A DNA stretch of 64,000 nucleotides from Macrostomum lignano. Its lineage: Eukaryota. Of this stretch, positions 34,375 through 45,580 are shown in pieces (position 1 is the first letter of the stretch; every line of letters begins with the position of its first letter). Below the pieces are notes generated by a model. The model was not told where the DNA came from, searched no databases, and saw only the letters and a list, made by a program, of their open reading frames with translations. The stretch spans positions 186,001 through 250,000 of the forward strand of contig NIVC01001018.1 of assembly GCA_002269645.1 (NCBI GenBank). Direction: 5' to 3'. The position numbers and the translations under genes were made by a program.

Positions 34375-35020
34375 AGGGTAGGGGTTGGGAGTGGGGCGGC
34401 TGGGAAACTGAGGTAAGGGTAGGGTGGGGAGAGTGAGGTGGCTGTGAAACTGATGAGGGTTGTTTAGGGGTTGGGGGAATGAGGTGGCTGGGAAGCTGAA
34501 GGGTTGTTTAGGGGTTGGGAGAGTGAGGTGGCTGTGAAACTGATGAGGGTTGTTTAGGGGTTGGGGGAATGAGGTGGCTGGGAAGCTGAGGGTTGTTTAG
34601 GGGTTGGGGGAGTGAGTTGGCTGGGAAGCTGAGGGTTGTTTAGGGGTTGGGGAGTGAGGTGGCTGGGAAGCTGAGGGTTGTTTAGGGGTTGGGGGAGTGA
34701 GGTGGCTGGGAAGCTGAGGGTTGTTTAGGGGTTGGGGGAGTGAGGTGGCTGGGAAGCTGAAGGGTTGTTTAGGGGTTGGGGAGTGAGGTGGCTGGGAAGC
34801 TGAGGGTTGTTTAGGGGTTGGGGAGTGAGGTGGCTGGGAAGCTGAGGGTTGTTTAGGGGTTGGGGAGTGAGGTGGCTGGGAAGCTGAGGGTTGTTTAGAG
34901 GTTGGGGGAGTGAGGTGGCTGTGAAGCTGAGGGTTGTTTAGAGGTTGGGGGAGTGAGGTGGCTGTGAAGCTGAGGGTTGTTTAGGGGTTGGGGGAGTGAG
35001 GTGGCTTGGAAGCTGAAGGG
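34375..35020. repeat. About 40-bp G-rich minisatellite (GAGGGTTGTTTAGGGGTTGGGGAGTGAGGTGGCTGGGAAGCT)
   Basis: Read directly. Confidence 0.95.
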
Positions 35021-35212
35021 AAGATATTGCATGAAGTGGTGCCATTAAAATTGGTGGCTGGGATTTCAAACAGAGTAAGGTAGGTGTTTGAAAAGAAAAC
35101 GTAGCGTGTGCGATTGTCGATTGATAACTTTTAGTGTTTATTTTAGCAACTTCATTATCTGTGATCTAGAATAGACATCAATTCAAAATTTTCGTTGATG
35201 CGTCGGATAATC

Positions 35213-37498
35213 TTAAGAAACGTGCATCGAACTTCCGGTCACGAAACCTTTCGGTCCGTGGTTCCGCGTGTAGCAGCCGCGGCAAAACACTTGGCCCTTG
35301 TGCTCGGACTCGCCGCCCGGTTCCAGCGGCTTGGAGCAGTCCTCGCACTTGAAGCAGGCCCGGTGAAACACCCGTCCAGTGGCCTGGAGGCGCTCGTTGA
35401 AATACACCGAGCCGGAGCAGCGGGAGCACTTCTCTCCGCCGCCGCCGTACTTGACGGCGCTTGGCGAAGGTCTGGCCGTGGCGACATTTTCAACGTGGTT
35501 CCTGACCAGTGCGAGATTGAAAATAAATAAGTTGGATCAGTCAGTCAGTCAGTCAGTCAGTCAGTCAGTCAGTCAGTCAGTCAGTCAGTCAGTCAGTCAG
35601 TCAGTCAGTCAGTCAGTCAGTCAGTCAGTCAGTCAGTCAGTCAGTCAGTCAGTCAGTCAGTCAGTCAGTCAGTCAGTCAGTCAGTCAGTCAGTCAGTCAG
35701 TCAGTCAGTCAGTCAGTCAGTCAGTCAGTCAGTCAGTCAGTCAGTCAGTCAGTCAGTCAGTCAGTCAGTCAGTCAGTCAGTCAGTCAGTCAGTCAGTCAG
35801 TCAGTCAGTCAGTCAGTCAGTCAGTCAGTCAGTCAGTCAGTCAGTCAGTCAGTCAGTCAGTCAGTCAGTCAGTCAGTCAGTCAGTCAGTCAGTCAGTCAG
35901 TCAGTCAGTCAGTCAGTCAGTCAGTCAGTCAGTCAGTCAGTCAGTCAGTCAGTCAGTCAGTCAGTCAGTCAGTCAGTCAGTCAGTCAGTCAGTCAGTCAG
36001 TCAGTCAGTCAGTCAGTCAGTCAGTCAGTCAGTCAGTCAGTCAGTCAGTCAGTCAGTCAGTCAGTCAGTCAGTCAGTATTTGTTCAGCTCAGCACAGGAA
36101 ATATTTGTTCAAAGAAAATGTGTTATTTGAGAGAAATTTGTCACGTGCCGTGGTCGGCACAAGGACTTCTAGACTTCTAGAAGTCCTTGGGTCGGCAGGG
36201 TGGCTTCTCAGAGAAAGCCAATGGAATGAGAAATCTCTCAGGTTTCCGCCAAAGCAAGCAAGTGTTGCTTGTGTGTCACAATTAACACTCATGGCGTTTG
36301 TCCCGCGAGGCTTGTTCTCTTTGCCCAACGCGAATAAAATTAACAATGTGACCGCATTGAGTCATGAGGTACACATTTGGAGAGAGAATCAAAAAGATAG
36401 ACGGAGAAAGACTTGCTGCCAGTTTGTCTTTAGCAAAGTAGTATTTAAGTAAACAAGAAGCAAGGCTCTGCATATTGGCATTGCCAGTGTCTGAGGAACT
36501 CGACCTGTTGTGCAATTTTAGCAGCTGAATGCAAGGAGAAGGCAGGAAGTTCGTGTTTCACTTGCTATATGACGAATTGGAGCCTTTACATGTATGCCAA
36601 GCTATATTGCAATATATTAGCACAGGAAATCAAATGCCTCAAATTCCATTATACATGCTTAGTGAATAATTCAACCAAATTCATTTATCTCCGCAACTGC
36701 TCACTTTTCTAAGTCATTTATTTTCGATGCAAAAAATATTTTATAGAAAATTTAAGAGGTCGAATTGAATCAGGTACGCAAATTGAAAAACGAAACATTC
36801 GGTTTGATGAAATCGAATTGTAGAACTAGAAAGTGCAAATTATTTTATGGGCGTGTGTTGTTTTAGTTTGACTGCTGAACCTTTCCTGTCACTTTTAAGT
36901 CTCAAGCTTTAATCACTTACTTTTGAACCGAAAAGCTGAAATAATATTTGATCAGTTCCGAATACATGTAAAAACGAAATGCACGAAGTTAATAAAAATG
37001 ATTAAACGATTATAGTTGGTTTCTAAGGCCGTGATTTAAAGAGAACTATGCACTCACGGCTGCCCCTCTGATTGCAGTCCGGCGGCTCCGCCAGCAAAGC
37101 CGTATCCTTTAGGACCGAAGTTCTTAGCGTAGCAGGCCCGGCAGTAAATCCTGTCCTCGTGGTCGTTCACCGTCGATGAGTCAAGCAGCTTATTGCACAG
37201 GCCTAATAAAGTATAAGATTTAATCCTCACAGTCTTTCAGAGATATAAAATTAAGAATCGCTTCATTTGATATTTCCTGATCTCGCGACTTTTAAGTAGT
37301 AAATATGCAATCTCTGCTACAATTAAATCGTGAGCATAAACTTGTTTTTTAATCCAAAAAGGGAAATGCTATAGAAATTTACTTACAGCATTTCAGACAA
37401 AATTTGTGGTACGAATTCCTAAGACATTTCACTTCCTCCGCAAAGTACACTTTCTTCTTGCAGGCTGGGCATGTAGGTGAGCCACCAAATGTAGGCAT
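35213..37498 (-). CDS. CSRP: Cysteine/glycine-rich two-LIM protein (CSRP/muscle LIM protein); join(complement 37387..37498,37058..37202,35213..35501), 181 aa
   Basis: MPTFGGSPTCPACKKKVYFAEE...HKFCLKC/CLCNKLLDS...IYCRACYAKNFGPKGYGFAGGA, then a second LIM CSRCSGSVYFNE...FHRACFKC...CRGCY; phases consistent (546 nt). Confidence 0.92.
35537..36077. repeat. Perfect (TCAG)n microsatellite, about 135 copies, in CSRP intron 2
   Basis: Read directly. Confidence 0.99.
36160..36189. mobile_element. 30-bp transposon remnant (joined termini), probable excision footprint
   Basis: CAAGGACTTCTAGACT+TCTAGAAGTCCTTG flanked by the 8-bp duplication GGTCGGCA; termini are identical to those of the element at 38997..40047. 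Confidence 0.85.
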
Positions 37499-38519
37499 TG
37501 TATTAGAAATATATTGTGATTGAAAGTTTTAGTAGATTTTTTAACTAAGCTATTGTACGCAATTTAAATAGCAGAAAAAAGAGAAGCAATTCGCACTACG
37601 AGATGCATGCTGAAATTTCTATCCGCGCATTATTAAATCGAATTTTGCCAAATTTTGTTTCCGTGAAAAATATTAAAACAATAAAAATATATTCAAGAAA
37701 GATTTAAGAAATTTATAACCGCGGTACGAATCTGAGTAATTTAGGATTTTCTATAACTTTCTTCGGTTAAAATTGTTAAAACAATTAAAATAAAGCCCGG
37801 AGCTTTGAAACTACACTTTTGTAACCCTTTAGCAAGGACCTAAGGTCCTTGCCTTTTAGTAATTAGTTAGTATGCACGTATCATTTTTTGCACATACTTA
37901 CAACCGTTGTGCTGCATCAGCTTTTGTTTTTACTTTGTAGCTTAGCTATACATGGTTATAATTAGCTAAGTGAGTCTAAGTCTGGGAGTACAATATAACT
38001 GATTTTTGTGCATTTTTGCCTCCTACTGCCTTGTAAACTTATATTAGGCTATATAGGCTTAGTCTATACTTCATAATCAAAATATCCAAAATTTTCACAT
38101 TTGTCATGAGTATGGCCTTGGCCTACCTAGGGCTTGACTAGGGTTTAGCTTTATTTAATAGATGTTTGCCTACCTGTAACGATGTCGTTAGCATCGTAAA
38201 TTTTTAGGTTCTATCAAAAGTTTTTTTCGATTAAAGTTCAAAAAAGTTCAAAAAAAGCATTATTACTTTTTTGATAAGTCATCTTAGGTTTTTTGATAAG
38301 TCAACCAGAATTTCCCGCCAATTTAAATTGTCGCCTCGCTCTCATTTTGCTTACCAAAGTAATCTCGCAATTAAAGCTATACCTCGTAATTTGTACTCAT
38401 TTTTGTATTAATATTTATACTCGTTGTTAGTTGTTAGTCGTCACTTTTCGTCCAAAAATACCGTAAAAATTCTGGCGCGCTTTCAAATACTTTATCTTTT
38501 ACAATAACTCTAGAAATTT

Positions 38520-40760
38520 TCTACTCAAACACCGGCCAAAAAAATCCATGGAAAATGAATGTACTAAAGAAACTAGAAAGTATAGACCTAAAAGCACTAA
38601 CTGAAGATAAACTTTCCCAAAGCTTTAATAACGAGAAATACCTAGTGAAAAAGCACCTCAAGATACACAGAGAAAGAGAACTTAGCCAAAAGCTAGAGAA
38701 TCAGCAACATATTAAACTCTACAAAAACGCCTATCTCTACAAAAAAATCTGCAGGCCCGACCTTTCAGATTTCTTTCCATGTACATTTAGAAACAAAAAA
38801 TTCTTAACAACCCTCCTAAAACTGAAATGCGAGATTACACCCAACTTTTTTTCTCAAGAACCATGTAAAATGTGTGGAGCGCGAAATGGTTCTGACATTC
38901 TACACTACTTGACCGAATGTCCACAAACTGAAGAGATCAGGAAAAAATACTTCTGTCAATACCTCTTAAATAGCAATCAAATACACAAGATAGGATCAAG
39001 GACTTCTAGACTAACAGGACGTAAAACTCAAAGATCGTGCAATTTTTTGGAGGCCACGATTTCCTGGAAAAAATACACTGCGAAGATAGGAAAAAATCAG
39101 TTTTTCGTCACAAAATCTGTGATTGTATTTGATCTGGGGCAGTGAAGACTACCATTCTTTTAATTTAACATGCACGATATGTTACTCTATTATATTTTCA
39201 TATAGCTGTGTAGTAAAGTTTTCATTTTCATATTGTTTTCACTTTATTTCATAAGCCCAAAGTTGCAAACTCACAAGTGGCATTAGCCAAATATCAAATT
39301 CAAGAAAAGAAAAGCTATTCAAATTTGTAATATAATAATATTTTTAGCCTTTAAAATAAAAATTATAAAAGAACTAATCAATGTTTTTTCTTATAGATAC
39401 CTAGTAAAAATGGTTAGGGCCTATTTTTGTGATTAAGTCTATTCTTCTTAAATCTTAGTCCTAAATATAGGCTTGGCTTAAAAACTGATAATACAGCTTT
39501 CTCAAGCCTAGGTAACCAACCATATGAAACTATGTATTGGTAATCTATATATAATAAAAAAATCTAAATATACTAATCTTTAAGTCATTGTCTAAATTTA
39601 ATTACTTATTAGGCTAGATAGTGTAGTGATAGGACTAGTTCTAGTAGGCCTAGGAATTAGTATAGTTACTAAACCTACAATAATAGCTTAAGACTAAGAG
39701 TACCTACATGCAATGTTTTTATACTTTATTTTAAAAAGAACAACACAAAAAGTTTGGCTAATGCCACCTGTGAGCCCGCAACTTTGGGCTTATGAAATAA
39801 AGTGAAAACAATATGAAAATGAAAACTTCACTACACAGCTATATGAAAATATAATAGAGTAACATATTGTGCATGTTAAATTAAAAGAATGGTAGTCTTC
39901 ACTGCCCCAGATCAAATACAATCACAGATTTTGTGACGAAAAACTGATTTTTTCCTATCTTCGCAGTGTATTTTTTCCAGGAAATCGTGGCCTCCAAAAA
40001 ATTGCACGATCTTTGAGTTTTACGTCCTGTTAGTCTAGAAGTCCTTGGATAGGATATGCTACAAATGAAAAAAGAGTCAGAAAAGAGCTCACTGGTGTAG
40101 CTAAAATATATGAAGTCATGAATAGCTAAAACAGTTAAACAAACTGAATCAGATACATCAGCAGTGTAACAAATCCGCTTTTCAGTTGTTTATTCATTTA
40201 CTGTCTTTTTTAATTTCCTATATTTAAATCGTCGTTATTCGTTAAAAGTAAAATTCTTTCGAAGTATTGTTTATGTTCGTTTTTCACGCTTTGAAATATC
40301 ACGCGCTTTCAAAAATACTACATCTTTTTTTTTTTACAAACTCGCTTACCAAAGTAATCTCGCAATTAAAGCTATACCTCGTAATTTGTACTCATTTTTG
40401 TATTAATATTTATACTCGTTGTTAGTTGTTAGTCGTCACTTTTCGTCTAAAAATACCGTAAAAATTCTGGCGCGCTTTCAAATACTTTATCTTTTACAAT
40501 AACTCAGCAAATCGTCGTCAAATCGTCTTTATAAACTTCTATATTCGAAAATTCCAAATACATAGCTCTATAATATATTGGCCAAACAGGCTAATTGCCT
40601 GAGCCAAATTCTCTTACTACTTTATTAACTCGAGCGGCAAATCGTCGTCAAATCGTCTTTATAAACTTCTATTTCGAAAATTTTTCCAAATACATAGCTC
40701 CATAATATATTGGCCAAACAGGCTAATTGCCTGAGCCAAATTCTCTTACTACTACTACTA
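38520..40760 (+). mobile_element. 5'-truncated LINE 3' fragment interrupted by a MITE
   Basis: ORF 38555.. contains CKMC...HYLTEC, typical of the LINE ORF2 C-terminus; the reading resumes after 40055; (TAC)n tail near 40747-40762. Confidence 0.55.
38997..40047. mobile_element. Non-autonomous long-TIR element (about 295-bp TIRs), P-superfamily-like
   Basis: TIRs about 38997-39291 / 39753-40047, starting CAAGGACTTCTAGA; 8-bp TSD GATAGGAT (38989-38996, 40048-40055). Confidence 0.9.
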
Positions 40761-40903
40761 CTTTGTTTCTACAGCGGAGTTAGTTTCTTGGCGTTTTGTC
40801 TCTTTACTAATAATATAATTAAATAATTAAATAAATAACTAGTCGGTAATCACATCTCGATCGAACTCGCTACGTCATATACCTATATTTCTGCCAGACC
40901 ATT

Positions 40904-43900
40904 TGTGACGTTGTCAGTTTAAGGTGGTCCCGAAAAGGGCCGTTGGACTGCTGGTTTTCCATAGTCATTCAACCCTTCAGTTTCACCGCTTCAACTAAAC
41001 TTTTCCATTCGTTTATTGCGACGTTTACTTGTAGTAGTGCCCAACGATTTTGTGGCAATTTATAATTCATTGTATATTTTGCTATCCTCTCTCGCCACCG
41101 TATAAAATTGGCACGATCGATAATTTTAAGTTCTCTCGCCAGCCAATGAAATCACTCGTGTTCGCGCTACCCCCCTCTGCGCTCTTTTATTAAACCCCCC
41201 CGCCTGGCGGCGGGCACTCCACGCTCCCCTCGCTCTCTCTCGCTCCTCTCTCTCCGCTTGCTCCTTGTTTCCTTCCCTGCGGCCTCTTAGCTGTCTTATC
41301 TGTTTGTCTGGCTGCCTCGAGCCTCCTTATTTCTCACCACGGCCCTTCTGTCTGGGCCAGCCTGCTCACACACTTACTTGACTGTTTCACGCCACGACCG
41401 ACGCCAACTCACCACTACGTTTCACTGCCTTCACGGTGCTCATAGCCACTGCTCACGTCACGTCGCCATTGTGTCATTCGCCTGCCACTTGACTTCATAT
41501 CCAAATTATATTCAACCCATTGCTGCAGCCGCCAGTGCCCAGAAAGCTATAGTCTGTTTATTGCCAGTAACAACCAAACTTAATACTGATATTAACAATA
41601 AAGACAACTACGGCAGTTCCTGCCTTTATCGCCAAGTGCTCCGCTACAAAATCCGCTTTACAAGAATTGACTTCAACTTATTTTGGGACTAAAACGGCCC
41701 TTTTAAGGGTCACCGCATAGCTGGCCGCTACGCCAATAACGTGACATAATTTTGGAGGTCCCACCGAGACTCCTACTCAGCACTGCCGGCTCGCAACTAA
41801 GTCAGCACCACCGAGACTCCTACTCAGCACTGCCGGCTCGCAACTAAGTCAGTCCCACCGAGATTCCTACTCAGCACTGCCGGCTCGCAACTAAGTCAGT
41901 GCCATCAAGACTTCTGCTCAGCCCTGCCAGCTCGTAATCAGCGCCATCAAGACTTCTGCTCAGCCCTGCCAGCTCGCAACCAAGCGTCAGCAAGATTCTG
42001 CTCAGCTCTGCCGGCTCGTGACTGAGTGCCGGCCTGCCACGTTTCTGCCTGACGGTCCGCAAGGCTGCGAGAGCCTGTGCCACGCCTGAGGTTCGGTCCG
42101 CAAGGCTACGAGAGCCTGTGCCACGCCTGAGGTTCGGTCCGCAAGGCTGCGAGAGCCTGTGCCACGCCTGAGGTTCGGTCCGCAAGGCTACGAGAGCCTG
42201 TGCCACGTCAGGCCCAGGGGTCCTGACTGCTCGGCCGGTCTTCGCTCGTCGCCGCGAGTCGTCGCTGGTCGTCGCCCTGAGCAACGCGCGCTGTCAACTG
42301 CGTTGAGCTCGAGCTTACGCTCTGCCAAGATAGCTCCGCTGCGTGTGCCAAGCCACGCCAGGTTACGCTGTGCGCTGATTGTTTGTAGGGACTATTGCCT
42401 GACAGTTAGTCTGGGTGGTTTGCGTGATAGGACTCTCCCCTATTATAGGCTTTTTGCGGTTTGCCCCTGTCAGGCACGTTTTTTGTTAGTAGGACGCAAT
42501 CTCTCTCGTCTCTCTCGCGTCGTCAACCTCAATTCGTTCTCTCTGGAACCTTACTCTCACTCGTGGTTGCTCCGTTCGCCTCACTCGGGCTCCTGCCTGA
42601 GCTTCATCTCGCACAATGTCCGGCAACGGGGAAGACTTCGGCATGGCGCCTCCCGAGCCTGTGGCGGACCCAGTCGCCGCACAGGCAGTTAATCCACCAG
42701 CCCCAGCCACTGAACCCAGACCCAGCTATGGGCGCCCCATCTGCCCACCCGTTAGGTACCGGGCGTGCCAGGTGTCCGGCCTGCTCCAGCTGTAGGGTGG
42801 CAAGCATTAGTTTGCTCACGCCCTGGGCAAGGCGTTAAACTACCTCCTGTGGCCCCTGTTGGCCACGGGTCCCTGTGGCCCCGCTGTTCTCCGCCTTCCG
42901 CGCCGGTTCTCTCCTTCCTGCCTGTTGGGCGCTTCCGCGCTGGTCCTCTCCCCCCTGTCTGTTGGGCGCTTCCGCGCCGGTTCCCTCCCTTCTGCCTGTT
43001 TGGCGCGCTGCGCCGTTCTCCGCCTGGCGCGCTGCGCCGTTTCCTGCCTTGGCGCCCCTGCGCGTCTCCGCCTGGCGCGCTGCGCCGTTCCTGCCTGGCG
43101 CGTGGCGCCGTTTCCTGCCTTGGCGCGTAGCGCCGTTCTCTGCCTTGGCGCGTGGCGCCGTTCCCTGCCGTGGCGCCCTGTCGCCGTTTCCTGCCTTGGC
43201 GCGTGGCGCCGTTCTCTGCCTTGGCGCGTGGCGCCGTTCCCTGCCGTGGCGCCCTGTCGCCGTTTCCTGCCTTGGCGCGTGGCGCCGTTCCTTTGCCTGG
43301 CGCGCTGCGCCGTCCTCTGCCTTGGCGCTCTTGCGCCGTTCTCCGCCTGGCGCGCTGCGCCGTCTCCTGCCTTGGCGCGTTGCGCCTTTCTCCGCCTGGC
43401 GCGCTGCGCCGTTTTCTGCCTTGGCGCTCCGCGCCGTCCTGTCTCCGCCTTGGGCGCTCCCTTGCCGGTTTCTCCCTCCCGCCTGTTTGGCGCGCCGCGC
43501 CGTGTCCCGCCGCCCTTGGCGCTTGTCGTCGTTTGCCCGCAGTTGTCCGGACTGTGTCTCTGTTTCGTGCCTCTGCTCTGCATCTTTTGCCTCATCCGTC
43601 TTGTCACCTTTGTTCTGTGCTCCTTGCCTCATCTGTCTTGTCACCTCTGTTCGTCCTGTCGTTTTTTTGTGCGTTTGCGTGCCCCGCGCGCTCCGCTCTG
43701 CGCTACTTTTGTAACCAATGTTATTCTCACTGCCATACCTACGTTGACTTTGATTTTCACCATTCATCTACCTGTATTCATTATTTACTGCAGTCTGTTC
43801 CTTTGTTTTCGTATTCCCCTTCAGCCTCTTCACTTCTTTTTGCGAGCGTGTGAAACATCCCATTTTGTTGCGGTGCCGGACCTCGAAAGCCGGGCGCCAT

Positions 43901-45230
43901 AGGCGTTTTTCAACGCTCTTTCTTTTCTCTGTGCCTGTTTTTTTTTCTTTGCGCCTCTGTGCGCGTGTCTGGGCGGCGCCTGCGTCCCATTGGGGGCGAG
44001 CCCATGCGGTCCACCGGGACCGGCCCAGCTGTTGAGCCGTTTGTCGGCTGGCTGCACCCTGCAGCGGATGCATTCTGCATCGTTTACACACCTTCACTCC
44101 ACTGCTTCCCTCGCGTGCTAGCTCTTCTTTGTAATGTTCTGTAACTTTCTGTAATCCTACCACCTGTTCTGTAATTTGACTTCGATTATTCAGCCACTCA
44201 TAAGCCTGTGGGTTAGTAATCCCTAAAGCCTCCAGTAATCATATGCTCATACAAACTGACTCAACCCCACTGTAATTCATTCTACTGTAATTTCATTTGC
44301 TGCGGTCATGCTGTGTTTTTCTTGCCGTCACCCCGCGTGTTGGTTTTCTTTTTGCGCGACCCTATCCTTTTTCGGAAGGGAGGCGAGTGTGACGTTGTCA
44401 GTTTAAGGTGGTCCCGAAAAGGGCCGTTGGACTGCTGGTTTTCCATAGTCATTCAACCCTTCAGTTTCACCGCTTCAACTAAACTTTTCCATTCGTTTAT
44501 TGCGACGTTTACTTGTAGTAGTGCCCAACGATTTTGTGGCAATTTATAATTCATTGTATATTTTGCTATCCTCTCTCGCCACCGTATAAAATTGGCACGA
44601 TCGATAATTTTAAGTTCTCTCGCCAGCCAATGAAATCACTCGTGTTCGCGCTACCCCCCTCTGCGCTCTTTTATTAAACCCCCCCGCCTGGCGGCGGGCA
44701 CTCCACGCTCCCCTCGCTCTCTCTCGCTCCTCTCTCTCCGCTTGCTCCTTGTTTCCTTCCCTGCGGCCTCTTAGCTGTCTTATCTGTTTGTCTGGCTGCC
44801 TCGAGCCTCCTTATTTCTCACCACGGCCCTTCTGTCTGGGCCAGCCTGCTCACACACTTACTTGACTGTTTCACGCCACGACCGACGCCAACTCACCACT
44901 ACGTTTCACTGCCTTCACGGTGCTCATAGCCACTGCTCACGTCACGTCGCCATTGTGTCATTCGCCTGCCACTTGACTTCATATCCAAATTATATTCAAC
45001 CCATTGCTGCAGCCGCCAGTGCCCAGAAAGCTATAGTCTGTTTATTGCCAGTAACAACCAAACTTAATACTGATATTAACAATAAAGACAACTACGGCAG
45101 TTCCTGCCTTTATCGCCAAGTGCTCCGCTACAAAATCCGCTTTACAAGAATTGACTTCAACTTATTTTGGGACTAAAACGGCCCTTTTAAGGGTCACCGC
45201 ATAGCTGGCCGCTACGCCAATAACGTGACA
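40904..45230 (+). mobile_element. Non-autonomous LTR retroelement; LTRs 40904..41746 and 44388..45230 (843 bp)
   Basis: TG...CA LTR ends; TSD CATT; PBS TGGAGGTCCCACCGAGA (41753-41769) complementary to the tRNA-Gln 3' end; PPT GGAAGGGAGGCGAG before the 3' LTR; no RT or integrase inside. Confidence 0.92.
42880..43520. repeat. GC-rich degenerate tandem array (CTGCCTTGGCGCGTGGCGCCGTT-like) inside the LTR element
   Basis: Read directly. Confidence 0.85.
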
Positions 45231-45394
45231 CATTTGTTTAACCTATATCATAACCTATATCATTTGTTTAATGCCAGACTTTTTTCTTGATTGCCTTTAT
45301 TAGGCCTATGAGGCTATGTATATCTCAGTAATCACATGTGTACCAGGAAGAACATGGCATTGAATCAAAGGTAGCAGCATTGCAGCGGTGTGGT

Positions 45395-45580
45395 TAGGGC
45401 CTAGGAACAGCAATCATCACACACTTCCTGGTACCACGTTCAACCATGCCAAATACCCACTGTCCAGGCCAGTGGGCACCTTGGTAGTACTTTTGGTGAA
45501 AGAAGTAGGATTTGTCTATCTCTACATCTTTACCAGGACCACCTAGTTCCACTGGATGGTCAATTAGGTACTGAGAACAG
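45395..45580 (-). pseudogene. Merlin (IS1016/ISXO2-like) transposase remnant
   Basis: My translation LGGPGKDVEIDKSYFFHQKYYQG...QWVFGMVERGTRKC resembles the GGPGxxVEIDES...WVFGxxER motif. Confidence 0.7.

Noticed and set aside
35379-36452. 357-aa (SVSQ)n ORF
   Set aside because: (TCAG)n microsatellite, antisense in a CSRP intron.
41378-41692. Identical 104-aa ORFs at 41378 and 44862
   Set aside because: Same sequence in both LTRs, TTG start, no domain.
42880-43520. TGGCGCC motifs as an array of tRNA-Lys-type primer-binding sites
   Set aside because: Only 7 nt match; no extended complementarity to a tRNA 3' end.
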